Position numbers and translations under genes: made by a program. A DNA stretch of 63,061 nucleotides, filler included, from Octopus bimaculoides (Eukaryota), in the NCBI RefSeq assembly GCF_001194135.2. It is 4 parts of 4 records of this genome, joined end to end, with 100 filler letters (N's around TTAATTAATTAA, not from the genome) between each part and the next. Parts side by side here need not be neighbours in the genome. Positions count along the whole stretch, not along the records: positions 45,267 to 58,709 come from NC_068998.1; positions 58,810 to 63,061 come from NC_068981.1; 2 more parts are not named here. One strand, given 5' to 3'. Below are positions 50,947 through 63,061 of this stretch, in pieces (the stretch's first letter is position 1; every line of letters begins with the position of its first letter). The notes under the pieces were generated by a model. The model made no database searches, had not been told where the DNA came from, and saw only the letters and a program-made list of their open reading frames with translations.

Positions 50947-51229
50947 CTATATACATATACAGTGACTTGTAAATTTGTTTCTATTATCTGAGGTGTTTAC
51001 ATGTGGCAATTCTAGTATCTTTTTCTTAAACATTCTGCCATGTTTGCAGATCAAACATTCGATACTGATCAAGAGATTGTGATATGGCATTTTACATATG
51101 TAAACACACACACACACGTACACACATGGATATGTGCATATATGTATACATAAATACAACAGTATTTTATCATACCTCAGTATACATCGAATAGAGCGAT
51201 GTGGGCCGGGTGTGTGGTATCATCTTTAT

Positions 51230-51284
51230 CACATACACTATTACTATTATTATTATTATTATTATTATCATCATTATTATTATA

Positions 51285-51352
<68 letters not shown>

Positions 51353-51565
51353 TGTTGTTGTTATTTTGTCTTTGTTCCGTCACGAACAAATTGAGCCCTT
51401 GTGGCAAATGGGAAAAATTAAAAATATTTTTTGTCAATTTTATCACTAATTTCGTTGTCATTTTGATAAATGAAATACTATTCTTCTTACTTTTTAATTA
51501 TCATCACCATCATCATCATCATCATCATCTTTATCATCATCATCGTCATCATCGTCATCATCGTT

Positions 51566-51630
<65 letters not shown>

Positions 51631-51850
51631 AATTGCTGTTATTATCATTATTGTTGTTGTGGTGGTTATTGTAGTTGTTGCTGCTGCTGTTGTTTTTATA
51701 ATAATCAGTAACAAACGATTATTATTATCATTATTATTAACTATCATCATAGCTATTACTATTCTCATTTTTTTATTATAACCATCGTCATCATTATTAG
51801 TGTTATACTGGTATCATTGTTGTTGGTGTTATTGTTGTTATTGTTAGTTT
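51230..51850. repeat. (ATT)n/(CAT)n/(GTT)n mosaics
   Basis: Direct reading. Confidence 0.9.
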
Positions 51851-52147
51851 TATAATTCAAAAGAAAATCATAGACAATTGAATGAAACTCAAAGAAATTT
51901 CTTTTTTTGTTTGAAAAGAAATCGAACACAAGATTTTTTTTTATTCTTGAATCTAATGTTGCATGCATGCATACATATATATACATACATATATACATTT
52001 CCTTCCCCACCTTCTCTTTCCTTTCCAAGTGGAATGTGAAAAGTTTGATAAGGGCTTCACGACAGAATAAGGTGCCCGTCCGCCATCCATCCCTCCGGCC
52101 TCGTCTCGCTGTCAGTAAAATTTTTGAGGAAAATCGAGTCGTAAATT

Positions 52148-52508
52148 AAACAAGAGCACTCAGAGAGCGCAAACCTCCGCCAAAGCAACACCAACGTCCT
52201 CTCAGCGATCAGCCAGAGATGATTTCTAAAATGAGAATATCTGAAATAAACTCGACTGCTCTCACAAGGGAACTCGACTGCTCTCAAAGATTAAGTAAAA
52301 AAAAAAAATAAATAAAGAGGAAAAATAATCCAGAATCCTTGTCCGGTACCGGATCGATCCCAAAATCTAATCAGTTCGTGCCAATCATGAAACGAAACAT
52401 CCCTGAAGGTTTCATCCGAATCCATCCAGTGGTTCTTGAGATATCTTGCCCACGGTCAAACAAACACGACTGAAAACAATACCTCTGCCTTCGCTAAGGC
52501 AGATGAAA
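52148..52508 (-). mobile_element. Non-autonomous Helentron/HINE (DINE-1-like) element
   Basis: 5' palindrome CATCTGCCTT agcg AAGGCAGAGGT, subterminal repeat GGCGGAGGT, 3' stem-loop GCGCTC tct GAGTGC and a T-rich end. Confidence 0.65.
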
Positions 52509-53217
52509 TATAGACCCATCTATGTGGTGGAATCTATTTGAAATTCCAAATACAGTACCTTGGACGTGAATAGAATTGGAATAGACGACGAAGACTAAGA
52601 TCAAACGAGATACCAGTCAAATACTGAGGTTTATTTGATATACATACAAAACATCCCAGAAACAGGTGGAAATTTTATAGGAAACTAAGAGTATGGTTAA
52701 ATAGAGTATCAGTCAAGTGCTGGGGTCTTGTTAGTATTCCGATAAAATATTTTAGATGTGGATGCAATTATAATGCGAAACTATGGCTAACATAAAATTA
52801 ATACCAGTCAAGTACCAAAGACTACTTTGTACCCCTATAAAAAATATTCTAGATGTAAATGGAATTGAAATTGCAGAAGAACAAAGTTAAATGAAATTTT
52901 GGGACGGCTTAATGTCAACGGACGTAATTAATCGATCAACCAGGCAGTAACTCGAATTCTTGCAGCTATTTTGGCATCGGTAGTGCCAACAGGTAAAATC
53001 CAAAGTTAAGACAGCTGAAAAAAGACCATAATAAAGAACAGCACAATATCTCAATGTTGAATGCTAAGGTGAACGATGACAATTTCAAATAATATCTCCT
53101 TTTTCGTTGCATACAAGTAATGGATGAAAGTTGTCGAAATAAACGAGAGAGTATGACAAGCGAGCGAAAAAAAAAAGAAAAACGATGACAGCCACAACGA
53201 CAACAACAGCGACATAC

Positions 53218-53320
53218 GTGAGATAGAAGAGCAGAAAACATGAAGGGTATTAGAGATGATAAAAGCATTCACAATTGAGATAATGCAAGCCATAAATGCC
53301 AACCACAACGGTATCTCCAT
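53218..53320 (-). CDS. Candidate first coding exon with a signal-peptide-like or TM-like sequence
   Basis: ATG at 53320 reads MEIPLWLAFMACIISIVNAFIISNTLHVFCSSIS, followed by a phase-1 donor C|GTATGT at 53217. Confidence 0.25.
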
Positions 53321-53496
53321 CGGAAAAGAATTCTGTAGTTTACGTAAAGATATATTTTAATTCGTCAGCATCCGTTGTCCACATCACGTGATTAATACAA
53401 GTGCGGCCTTATACATGGTACAACAGCTATGTATGTACACACACCCACGCATACATATACACACGTGTTTATATAAATATGTCTGTATATATATAT

Positions 53497-53527
<31 letters not shown>

Positions 53528-54831
53528 CATATATATACATATATACGTATATATATACATACATTTATACNNNNNNNNNNNNNNNNNNNNNNNNNNNNNN
53601 NNNNNNNNNNNNNNNNNNNNNNNNNNNNNNNNNNNNNNNNNNNNNNNNNNNNNNNNNNNNNNNNNNNNNNNNNNNNNNNNNNNNNNNNNNNNNNNNNNNN
53701 NNNNNNNNNNNNNNNNNNNNNNNNNNNNNNNNNNNNNNNNNNNNNNNNNNNNNNNNNNNNNNNNNNNNNNNNNNNNNNNNNNNNNNNNNNNNNNNNNNNN
53801 NNNNNNNNNNNNNNNNNNNNNNNNNNNNNNNNNNNNNNNNNNNNNNNNNNNNNNNNNNNNNNNNNNNNNNNNNNNNNNNNNNNNNNNNNNNNNNNNNNNN
53901 NNNNNNNNNNNNNNNNNNNNNNNNNNNNNNNNNNNNNNNNNNNNNNNNNNNNNNNNNNNNNNNNNNNNNNNNNNNNNNNNNNNNNNNNNNNNNNNNNNNN
54001 NNNNNNNNNNNNNNNNNNNNNNNNNNNNNNNNNNNNNNNNNNNNNNNNNNNNNNNNNNNNNNNNNNNNNNNNNNNNNNNNNNNNNNNNNNNNNNNNNNNN
54101 NNNNNNNNNNNNNNNNNNNNNNNNNNNNNNNNNNNNNNNNNNNNNNNNNNNNNNNNNNNNNNNNNNNNNNNNNNNNNNNNNNNNNNNNNNNNNNNNNNNN
54201 NNNNNNNNNNNNNNNNNNNNNNNNNNNNNNNNNNNNNNNNNNNNNNNNNNNNNNNNNNNNNNNNNNNNNNNNNNNNNNNNNNNNNNNNNNNNNNNNNNNN
54301 NNNNNNNNNNNNNNNNNNNNNNNNNNNNNNNNNNNNNNNNNNNNNNNNNNNNNNNNNNNNNNNNNNNNNNNNNNNNNNNNNNNNNNNNNNNNNNNNNNNN
54401 NNNNNNNNNNNNNNNNNNNNNNNNNNNNNNNNNNNNNNNNNNNNNNNNNNNNNNNNNNNNNNNNNNNNNNNNNNNNNNNNNNNNNNNNNNNNNNNNNNNN
54501 NTATATATATATATATGTATGTATGTATACCGTCGTTGTCTGTTTAGTTTTCACTTAAGAGTGTTTTGTTGTTGTCAGCGTCGGTGGTGGTGGTGGTGGG
54601 GGCGTTTTTGTATTCTGTTTAAAACAATCACCTTCATAACAGATAAGGGGAGAAGATTATTGTCATACACCCAAGTGTATACATGCATGTATGAATGTAT
54701 GTATGCACGAACGACTGCATGAATGAATGTATGTATATGAGTATGTTTGTACATATATGTGTGTGTATAAATGTATGTATATACGCACATACATATATAC
54801 ACATATGTATGAATATGTATATGTTTTCATG

Positions 54832-54895
<64 letters not shown>

Positions 54896-55598
54896 TATAT
54901 ATTGTGGGGGGAGGGGCAGGTTGCGTGCTTGCCGAAGAATGTATGTACCGCCAGAAGAAAACAAAACAAGTCATAAGCACGTGTCAACCACAAAACAGTG
55001 GCAAAGCTGCCGCAGCCCCACCCCCATCAACCCCCCCTACCACAACAACAACAACAACAACAATAACATAACGAACGTAAATAAGAAAACAAACTCGAAG
55101 CGCGTACAAAATTTGATTTTAATTGAATTTGAAAGCCAAACATAGTAATGAAGTAATGTGTACAGGTGAGAGGTGCAAGACAGGTAGACTAATGAAGACA
55201 TGTATACAGGTGAGCGGCGAATGAGTGCTTGTCTAATAAAGTCATATGTACAGGTGAGAGGTGAAAGGTGTGAAAAAATAACCCAACAAAATATCATCTT
55301 TTGGAAAAAAAACAACCCCCACCATCACAGAGTATTTTAAATAATATTTTCTGTCACAAAATAAAGAAATATAGCTTTAGAATTGTTATTGTTGCTGTTA
55401 TTGTTGTCATATTGTTATTATTTGTGTTGTTGTTGATGTTGTTGTTGTTGGCGGTGGTGGTTATAGTGGTAGTGGTGGTGTGATGGTTTGACGCCTGCAC
55501 CAACACAAGAACATTTTCTTCCTCGTCGTCTAGAAAACGCTGCATCACTATCCAAACAAATTTGGAAATTTATGGATCAAGAAGAATTAGAAAAATTG

Positions 55599-55710
55599 TG
55601 TGTGGGGTGCTGAAAAGTTCCTAGGTTGAGGGTGCTGAAAGGCTTAGTTGGAGGCCCAACTTTTCGATTTCCTTTATAGAGCTTAGAAAAATTTTGCAAC
55701 CATGTAGTTT
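55599..55710. mobile_element. Mariner-type TIR fragment
   Basis: gtggggtgctgaaaagttcc is similar to the start at 36266; truncated by a gap. Confidence 0.4.
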
Positions 55711-55860
55711 NNNNNNNNNNNNNNNNNNNNNNNNNNNNNNNNNNNNNNNNNNNNNNNNNNNNNNNNNNNNNNNNNNNNNNNNNNNNNNNNNNNNNNNNNN
55801 NNNNNNNNNNNNNNNNNNNNNNNNNNNNNNNNNNNNNNNNNNNNNNNNNNNNNNNNNNNN

Positions 55861-55897
<37 letters not shown>

Positions 55898-57103
55898 AAG
55901 TACTGGAGGTCAATATATTCGATTAAAACAAAAATTTAAAAAAATAATAATTCGAGGTGTTGCTCTAGCGTGGCCGCAGTCTAATGACTGAAATATGCAA
56001 AATGTATACGGAGGTCAAATTAATCGAGTGAACCTTTCCTTCAAATTTCATGCTCATCTGCCAAACGTCAGAAATCAATAATTTTTAATAATCTAAACCG
56101 CTGTGACGCCATTTTTTCTTCTTCTTCAACTCTACTCAAATGCTACAGTTTTATCGCCTCGTTCTCGTGAAAGAAAGAACTTTAGCGCTTCTTCCCATGA
56201 TTAGTCGGCCATTTATGGCGAAGTACTTTTAGTCGTTTATCATTATTTTCTCATTCTTTCCACGCCAAATTCTATTTTATTTTACTTCTCGTCTTAATAA
56301 CAAGATTTTGTAGTTGAGGGTCTTTTCATATTCATCATCTTTTGTTTGACTTTCGCCATTTCGAACACGCAGCGATGAGAGTCGTGTTTCCCTTCAGTTA
56401 ATGGAGAAGTAGAAAAATGTGCACCAGGCAGTCAGAGAGAAATATTGAAATATGTTTGTACGAAGGAATTGGTAATCAGGATTAAGTAGAAAGAGAGAAA
56501 GAGAGACAAAAAGAGAGAGAGAGAAATATGGCCCTCAATATTACTTTATCTACCTGTCTGTCTGTCGGTTTCTGCGCCTGTCTGTCTTACTGTCTATCTA
56601 TTTACATAAACACACACGCTGCACACGCACACACACATACGCATATATTTATGTGTGTATATATATACATATATACATATATATATACGCACACGCGTAC
56701 ATACATGCATATGTGTATGAGTGTGTATCCATGCATGCGTGTGTGTGTGTATACACATTTTTTTCTACTATCCGGAATTGTTTCTGATGTTTTGGTAATT
56801 CTGACCATCGCTGCTGCTGCTGCTGCTGCTTCTACAACAACTACAACAACAACAATAACAATTACTACAACTACTGATGATGATAATGGTTAACAGGATG
56901 CTGATGGTGCCGCTGACGCCCCTGCCATCACAGTCACACTCCTATTGTGGAAAGAGGCGATGGTGGAAACTACTGAACATATTCCGAGAGCATTGTAGAG
57001 GACTTTCAATGAGTCTACACACACACTCAGACATACACACACACATATATATATACATATATGTACATATATATATATATATGGTGATAGGATGTTGTGT
57101 GTG

Positions 57104-57148
<45 letters not shown>

Positions 57149-57280
57149 AGATAGATATACATAGGTGTGTGATGCGGGTAGTGGTCTGGCTGGTGGCGGC
57201 GGGGTGCTAAACAGTTTCCAGTAAATTAGTTAATCACGGGCTGAGTCCCTCTCAACAAACGATATAGCCTCAAGCTGGTT

Positions 57281-57290
57281 CAAGATGGCG
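57281..57290 (+). promoter_or_regulatory. YY1-like motif CAAGATGGCG in a small GC-rich island
   Basis: Motif match only. Confidence 0.2.
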
Positions 57291-57359
57291 ACTTAGCTAA
57301 TCAAGCTTCCCGCCACTCACCGCCACATCTAACGCCATCACTGCACTTTTTCATTGCTC

Positions 57360-57970
57360 ATTTCCCTTTGTTTGTTTGTTTGTTTCTTTTTTCTTTCTTT
57401 CTCTCTTTTCCCCTTTATTCTCTCTTCACCACTCACATTCCTTTTTTCTTCTCATTCTTTTATTCTTCTCCTTATATTTTCTCCCTTTATCTTCACTCTC
57501 TTCTCCTACTTCACGTTCCTTTGTAATTCTATCCAAATTTTCGTTCAGTGTTCTCCCTCGTTCATTCGTTCTATTTTCCTTTCATCCTTTTATTTCCTTC
57601 ATTATTCTATTCAATCTAATATTATTTTCTTTTTCCTGTTTTCTCAATTTCTTTCGTTTTCTCTTTTTCTTTCTCGCTGTCAATCTTCATTCTTTCTTCC
57701 CTTCTTCCTTCCAACTTTTCTTTCTTGCTTTTTTTATTACGTTGTTTTATATTTTTCTCTCTTATTCCTCATTCTGTCACCTTTTCTTCCTACCTTTGTC
57801 GTTTCCTCTTTCTGTTTTAACTTTCAATTTTTGGCCGTCCACTTCTATCATTTTCCATTTCCTCCGTTTCTCAACTCTTCTTCCTTCGTTCTCTTTCATT
57901 TTTATTTCGCCTCTCATTCTTTCTTTTCCTTTGCCCCAGTCTTAATCCTCACTTCCTCTCTTCAGCTTCA
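57360..57970 (+). repeat. Polypyrimidine low-complexity tract of about 600 nt
   Basis: Direct reading; explains the F/L/S-rich ORFs. Confidence 0.9.
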
Positions 57971-58115
57971 GACACCAATTGATTTTTTGTTTTGAAAATT
58001 TCAAATTTCAACACACGTATGATTAATCGTGATAATTACGAAAATCATAATAATTTGAGTGGAGAAATTAGAATTAAGAAGTTTCCAGCGCAGCTCCGAT
58101 TATCCGAGATTATTT

Positions 58116-58158
58116 CTCACTGAGGAGCTGAAATCAAATCGAAACACCGGTGTCTGAT
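58116..58158 (+). ncRNA. Minimal type I hammerhead-like motif with a GUC site
   Basis: cTCA-CTGAGGA-G..C-GAAA-CACCGGTG-TC-TGAt. ACACCGGTGT is a perfect 10-nt palindrome; stem II is weak. Confidence 0.55.
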
Positions 58159-58312
58159 GTTCCACTGACATCATTCTAAGCAAACTCTATATTTTTAATA
58201 CACAAAACGCTTTGAAATATTTTTCTAAGGAAAAATATTCAACTAACACTGTTCAACGTTTATATACATACATACATACATACATACATACATACACATG
58301 CATATATATATA

Positions 58313-58478
58313 AGGCGCAGGTGTATCTTTGTGGTAACAAGCTTGCTTTCCAACCACACGGTTTTGGGTTCAGTCCCACTCTTCGTCATCTTAGGCGAGT
58401 GTCTTCTACTATAGCTTCTGGCTCATCAAAACTTTGTCAGTGGATTTAATAGAAGGAAACTGAAAGAAGACCATCGTG
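58313..58478 (+). mobile_element. SINE family B, 5' half
   Basis: aggcgcaggtgtatctttgtggtaacaagcttgc...gaaactgaaagaagaccatcg. Confidence 0.85.
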
Positions 58479-58524
<46 letters not shown>

Positions 58525-58709
58525 GTAGTGGTGGTGGTGGTAATACTGGTAGTAGCGACAGTGGAGTTGATAAGAATGGTAGTGCAGAAGAAGAAGAGTC
58601 GTAGAGAAGAAAATGCTCTCTCAACAAACGTTCATGTATAGACACACCCACACACCCCAAACACACGTATATATGCATATATGCACAACCTACACACATA
58701 TATGTATAT

Positions 58710-58809
58710 NNNNNNNNNNNNNNNNNNNNNNNNNNNNNNNNNNNNNNNNNNNNTTAATTAATTAANNNNNNNNNNNNNNNNNNNNNNNNNNNNNNNNNNN
58801 NNNNNNNNN
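58710..58809. other. Artificial scaffold linker N44-TTAATTAATTAA-N44
   Basis: Same construct as 26433-26532. Confidence 0.95.
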
Positions 58810-58811
58810 TC

Positions 58812-58863
<52 letters not shown>

Positions 58864-59194
58864 ACACACACACACGTTATATTACACACACATATACTCA
58901 CACGCATAAACTGACATACTTTTTACATATTTGAACGCAATCTACGAGTGCCTGCAAATATATGCTGTTCGTGCATACAAGCTTATCATAACTTCCTCTG
59001 TGGAATGATTGGCCTTAAGTTGAAATTCTGGCAACTTGACGAATGTTCAGAGAATGACTTCATTCCTTGATAAGTTACCAATCTTGAAGACACTTCCGCT
59101 TGTTTCTTGAGGAATTGACATGAGAAATAATTTAAAATATGTTACGAAATTAATCCAATACATGCTGATGGATATCTGTATACTTGCATGTCAT

Positions 59195-59275
<81 letters not shown>

Positions 59276-60364
59276 TTATCTCTTCCTGTTCTTTCCTATT
59301 TCTGTATACGTTTTCGCATATGCACAAACACAGGCACACTTGCGAAGATATACACAGTCTATCAATATATGTCTGAAATATTTTATTAATGTATATTGCA
59401 CGGAACTACATGTACACATGCACACAAACTTTACAGCTAAACACACATATGCGCACACGTATATACATACATACATACATACATATNNNNNNNNNNNNNN
59501 NNNNNNNNNNNNNNNNNNNNNNNNNNNNNNNNNNNNNNNNNNNNNNNNNNNNNNNNNNNNNNNNNNNNNNNNNNNNNNNNNNNNNNNNNNNNNNNNNNNN
59601 NNNNNNNNNNNNNNNNNNNNNNNNNNNNNNNNNNNNNNNNNNNNNNNNNNNNNNNNNNNNNNNNNNNNNNNNNNNNNNNNNNNNNNNNNNNNNNNNNNNN
59701 NNNNNNNNNNNNNNNNNNNNNNNNNNNNNNNNNNNNNNNNNNNNNNNNNNNNNNNNNNNNNNNNNNNNNNNNNNNNNNNNNNNNNNNNNNNNNNNNNNNN
59801 NNNNNNNNNNNNNNNNNNNNNNNNNNNNNNNNNNNNNNNNNNNNNNNNNNNNNNNNNNNNNNNNNNNNNNNNNNNNNNNNNNNNNNNNNNNNNNNNNNNN
59901 NNNNNNNNNNNNNNNNNNNNNNNNNNNNNNNNNNNNNNNNNNNNNNNNNNNNNNNNNNNNNNNNNNNNNNNNNNNNNNNNNNNNNNNNNNNNNNNNNNNN
60001 NNNNNNNNNNNNNNNNNNNNNNNNNNNNNNNNNNNNNNNNNNNNNNNNNNNNNNNNNNNNNNNNNNNNNNNNNNNNNNNNNNNNNNNNNNNNNNNNNNNN
60101 NNNNNNNNNNNNNNNNNNNNNNNNNNNNNNNNNNNNNNNNNNNNNNNNNNNNNNNNNNNNNNNNNNNNNNNNNNNNNNNNNNNNNNNNNNNNNNNNNNNN
60201 NNNNNNNNNNNNNNNNNNNNNNNNNNNNNNNNNNNNNNNNNNNNNNNNNNNNNNNNNNNNNNNNNNNNNNNNNNNNNNNNNNNNNNNNNNNNNNNNNNNN
60301 NNNNNNNNNNNNNNNNNNNNNNNNNNNNNNNNNNNNNNNNNNNNNNNNNNNNNNTATATATACA

Positions 60365-61125
60365 TAATACAAATAATATATGAGTATATGCGTATATACG
60401 TACATGTATGTACATACCTACATCTACATGTATATATAGATGCATATCTGGGTACAGGACGTAGCAAGAAAACGTAGGCAAAATGATAAACGGAATACAG
60501 AAAATACATAGGCCACATAGAGAACATCTCCTTCATCAGCTGCCCCCAATGTAACACAGGCGTTTCGAAGAGTAGGGCAGGACGCATCGTTAAAACGGCT
60601 CTTCCCACGGACCACAAATTAAATTTAAATTAAATTTAATTCAAATTAAATTTGTAACGTGAAGGAATGTAGTGGCGGAGAAAACAAAACAGGAAAACGT
60701 ATCAGTAAGGACAAACAAGAAGGCTATACGGCCAGACGTGAAAAAATATGTGTATGCTGAACGCTGTGAAGCAACGAACTGGAAGGGAGACGAAGAATGT
60801 TCGTGCCAGCTTCGCGAAAGCGAAGATATGAAAGAAAGATAAGTAGCCGGACACGTGACCAGCAAAGGGTAAGGAGAAAGAGTGGTAGAGGGAGAAAAAA
60901 GGGGGATGAAGTAGAAGATAGGTGAGCAAAGAGAAACAGGGAGGAAGAAAGACACATAGTAGAGAAGGAGAGAGGCGAAGAACAACAGATGGAAGAACGA
61001 GAGGGGGAGAAAGATACAAAGGTAGACAGAGTCGCGTCAGAAAAATAAAGTTTAAAACTTACTTGCAAGGATGACGCGTGCGTTCGATCATGTAATACAA
61101 ATAATATATGAGTATATGCGTATAT
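60365..61125 (-). mobile_element. Penelope-like-derived unit bounded by a 33-nt exact direct repeat
   Basis: taatacaaataatatatgagtatatgcgtatat occurs at 60365-60397 and 61093-61125. Internal motifs are shared with families P and Q. Confidence 0.5.
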
Positions 61126-61424
61126 CTCTTTCTCTCTATATGCGTGTATATATATATGTATATATATATATAGATAGATAGATACATAGATATGTATATA
61201 TATATGTGTGTGTGTATGTATATATACATATATNNNNNNNNNNNNNNNNNNNNNNNNNNNNNNNNNNNNNNNNNNNNNNNNNATATATATATATATAGAT
61301 ATGTACTTATATAGATACAATCATGCATAAACACACATGCAAACACATACACACACATACATTCATTCACATATACACCCAGGCCCATATTGTAGTTTGA
61401 ATGAAGCTGTGTTTGATATTTCAG

Positions 61425-61487
61425 TTACGACTCATTTTGTTCAAAGGCAATTAGAAGGTGAATTTGAATATATGAATGAAAACAGAG
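61425..61487 (+). CDS. Candidate 63-nt phase 1-1 exon, unknown protein
   Basis: Acceptor gtttgatatttcAG and donor AG|GTGAGG. The only open frame is (V)TTHFVQRQLEGEFEYMNENR. Confidence 0.4.
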
Positions 61488-61833
61488 GTGAGGAAGACAA
61501 TAACTGCGTGCGCCTTAAGTTATATTTTTATATTTTTGGATACTCAGGTTAATAAAAGATACCGTCGTCCATGTTCTAGTCAACGTCGCTTATTAAGTCG
61601 GAAATATAGAGATTATTAAGTAAAGTATAAACTGCTGACGTGTATAAATCTTATAGAAGCATAGATATTTATATATTAACCGAGCAAACATACGCAGAGT
61701 ACAAAGACACGGAATGGGGAGAAGGTACGTTGTTCCAGATCCGACAGCTGTTTCTGGGTGCTCGGAATTCATAATTTTGGCAGATGTAGTTATGTTATAT
61801 TACATTATATTATATGAACTTATGCAGTTCATA

Positions 61834-61885
<52 letters not shown>

Positions 61886-61945
61886 AAAGCTTTTGAACGG
61901 TATGAATTAGGTGTTGGCACATATATACGTAGGGTAAAGGCAATA

Positions 61946-61989
<44 letters not shown>

Positions 61990-62588
61990 CATATACGCAG
62001 GAACACAACTCATATATAAGTACAGTGGAAGCTGTACTGTTAGTTCGCATGTTCTCACTCGCACGCACTCACATATCATTTGATTAATCAATGGAAAGAA
62101 ATATTTCGAGATTAAGTGGATTATATTAAGCATAATTTTTTTTTTCTGGTTAGAATATGTCACATCTGGCTCTCTTAAATATTAATCCTATATTTAATTC
62201 TGATTTGTAGGTGGAGTAAATATTTTTCAAACCCCGTTTTGGTTTACAAATGAGGAATTGCGTTGGAAGTTCTACACCAAAATTCTAAAAGCCAATACAA
62301 ATAATACCACACATGCGACCGTGTGTGGTAAAGTGGATAGGATGAATCCATATCGGTAGCTTGAACTGCTTAAAATAGAAGACACATTTCCCTCAAATTC
62401 CCGCTTCCATCTTCAAAAGAGAGATAGTGGATAATGTTGTCTTAGCTATGAATTGCAATCAGTCAAGACGGTATTGCGACTAAACAGCGATGTTTTCGAA
62501 AATAGCTATTATATAAGTTTGTGCTCATTATATAGGTATGAACAGTTTTAGTTAAATAAAATGGCCCGGATCTTTCATTTCTTAATAG

Positions 62589-62683
62589 AGAGGGATGGAC
62601 GGCACCAAACTGAGTGTTTCATGACGCATCCGTTTGAAGACGAAGCTTTCTTTGCTGATCCAATGATACCTCAAAAGTCACAG
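62589..62683 (+). CDS. Candidate 95-nt exon, phase-compatible with 61425-61487
   Basis: Acceptor tctttcatttcttaatAG and weak donor CAG|GTTATA. The only open frame is (E)RDGRHQTECFMTHPFEDEAFFADPMIPQKSQ. Confidence 0.4.
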
Positions 62684-63003
62684 GTTATATATATATATAT
62701 ATATGTCTGTCTGTCTGTCTATATATATGCATGCATGCATGCATATATATATAATGATTATATATGGATAAGTTATCCAGTCGGATATTACGCGAGTACT
62801 CAGGCAAATTCTCTATGCGGTAGAAACATGTGTCGGCCGTATATAAAGCAATTATGGTGTATAATTAGCTGTAAAAATTAAAATTAAAATTAAAAATAGG
62901 AAGATGTACCACTTCCCGTATTCATTGTAATTGTTATATATATGTTATATACGCATATATATATAAATTCATGTGGTCAAAATCAGAGTGCTATGGAACA
63001 GTT

Positions 63004-63061
<58 letters not shown>

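Noticed and set aside
56400-56472. Exon-like segment VNGEVEKCAPGSQREILKYVCTKEL
   Set aside because: The splice sites are ordinary and there is no phase-linked partner, so it cannot be told from chance.
57354-57995. 213-aa hydrophobic ORF resembling a membrane protein
   Set aside because: It is the result of a polypyrimidine tract.
61730-61775. GAAACAGCTGTC on the minus strand (a similar partial match lies near 34990)
   Set aside because: Only the 3' half of the core is present; there is no CTGANGA or stem I.

Overview
Eukaryotic, AT-rich, microsatellite-saturated draft-assembly DNA with roughly a quarter of bases N. The repeat families and SSR content suggest an octopus genome; this is inferred from recalled repeat families, not from a search. 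No protein-coding gene can be named. Almost all ORF-track entries are translations of microsatellites or N gaps. Supportable features: (1) decayed retrotransposon fragments of RTE, CR1, RLE-type (R4/Dong-like) and possibly L1/Tx1 type; (2) two decayed mariner transposase copies and mariner-TIR fragments; (3) a hAT MITE with an 8-bp TSD; (4) a Helentron/HINE-like element; (5) about 20 copies of three tRNA-derived SINE families, some nested in older elements; (6) a tRNA-Asp(GTC) pseudogene; (7) three artificial 100-nt scaffold linkers (N44-TTAATTAATTAA-N44) that split the window into four joined pieces; (8) a few low-confidence candidate exons. The main unexplained signal, read by eye, is a dense set of about 15 minimal type I hammerhead-ribozyme (HHR) motifs (CTGANGA...GAAA, palindromic stem III, UH). 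Their stem I sequences differ between copies but stay complementary, and several sit in long fold-back repeats. This is the architecture known for Penelope-like element terminal repeats and retrozymes. Ribozyme activity is untested and would need covariance-model searches and in vitro cleavage assays.
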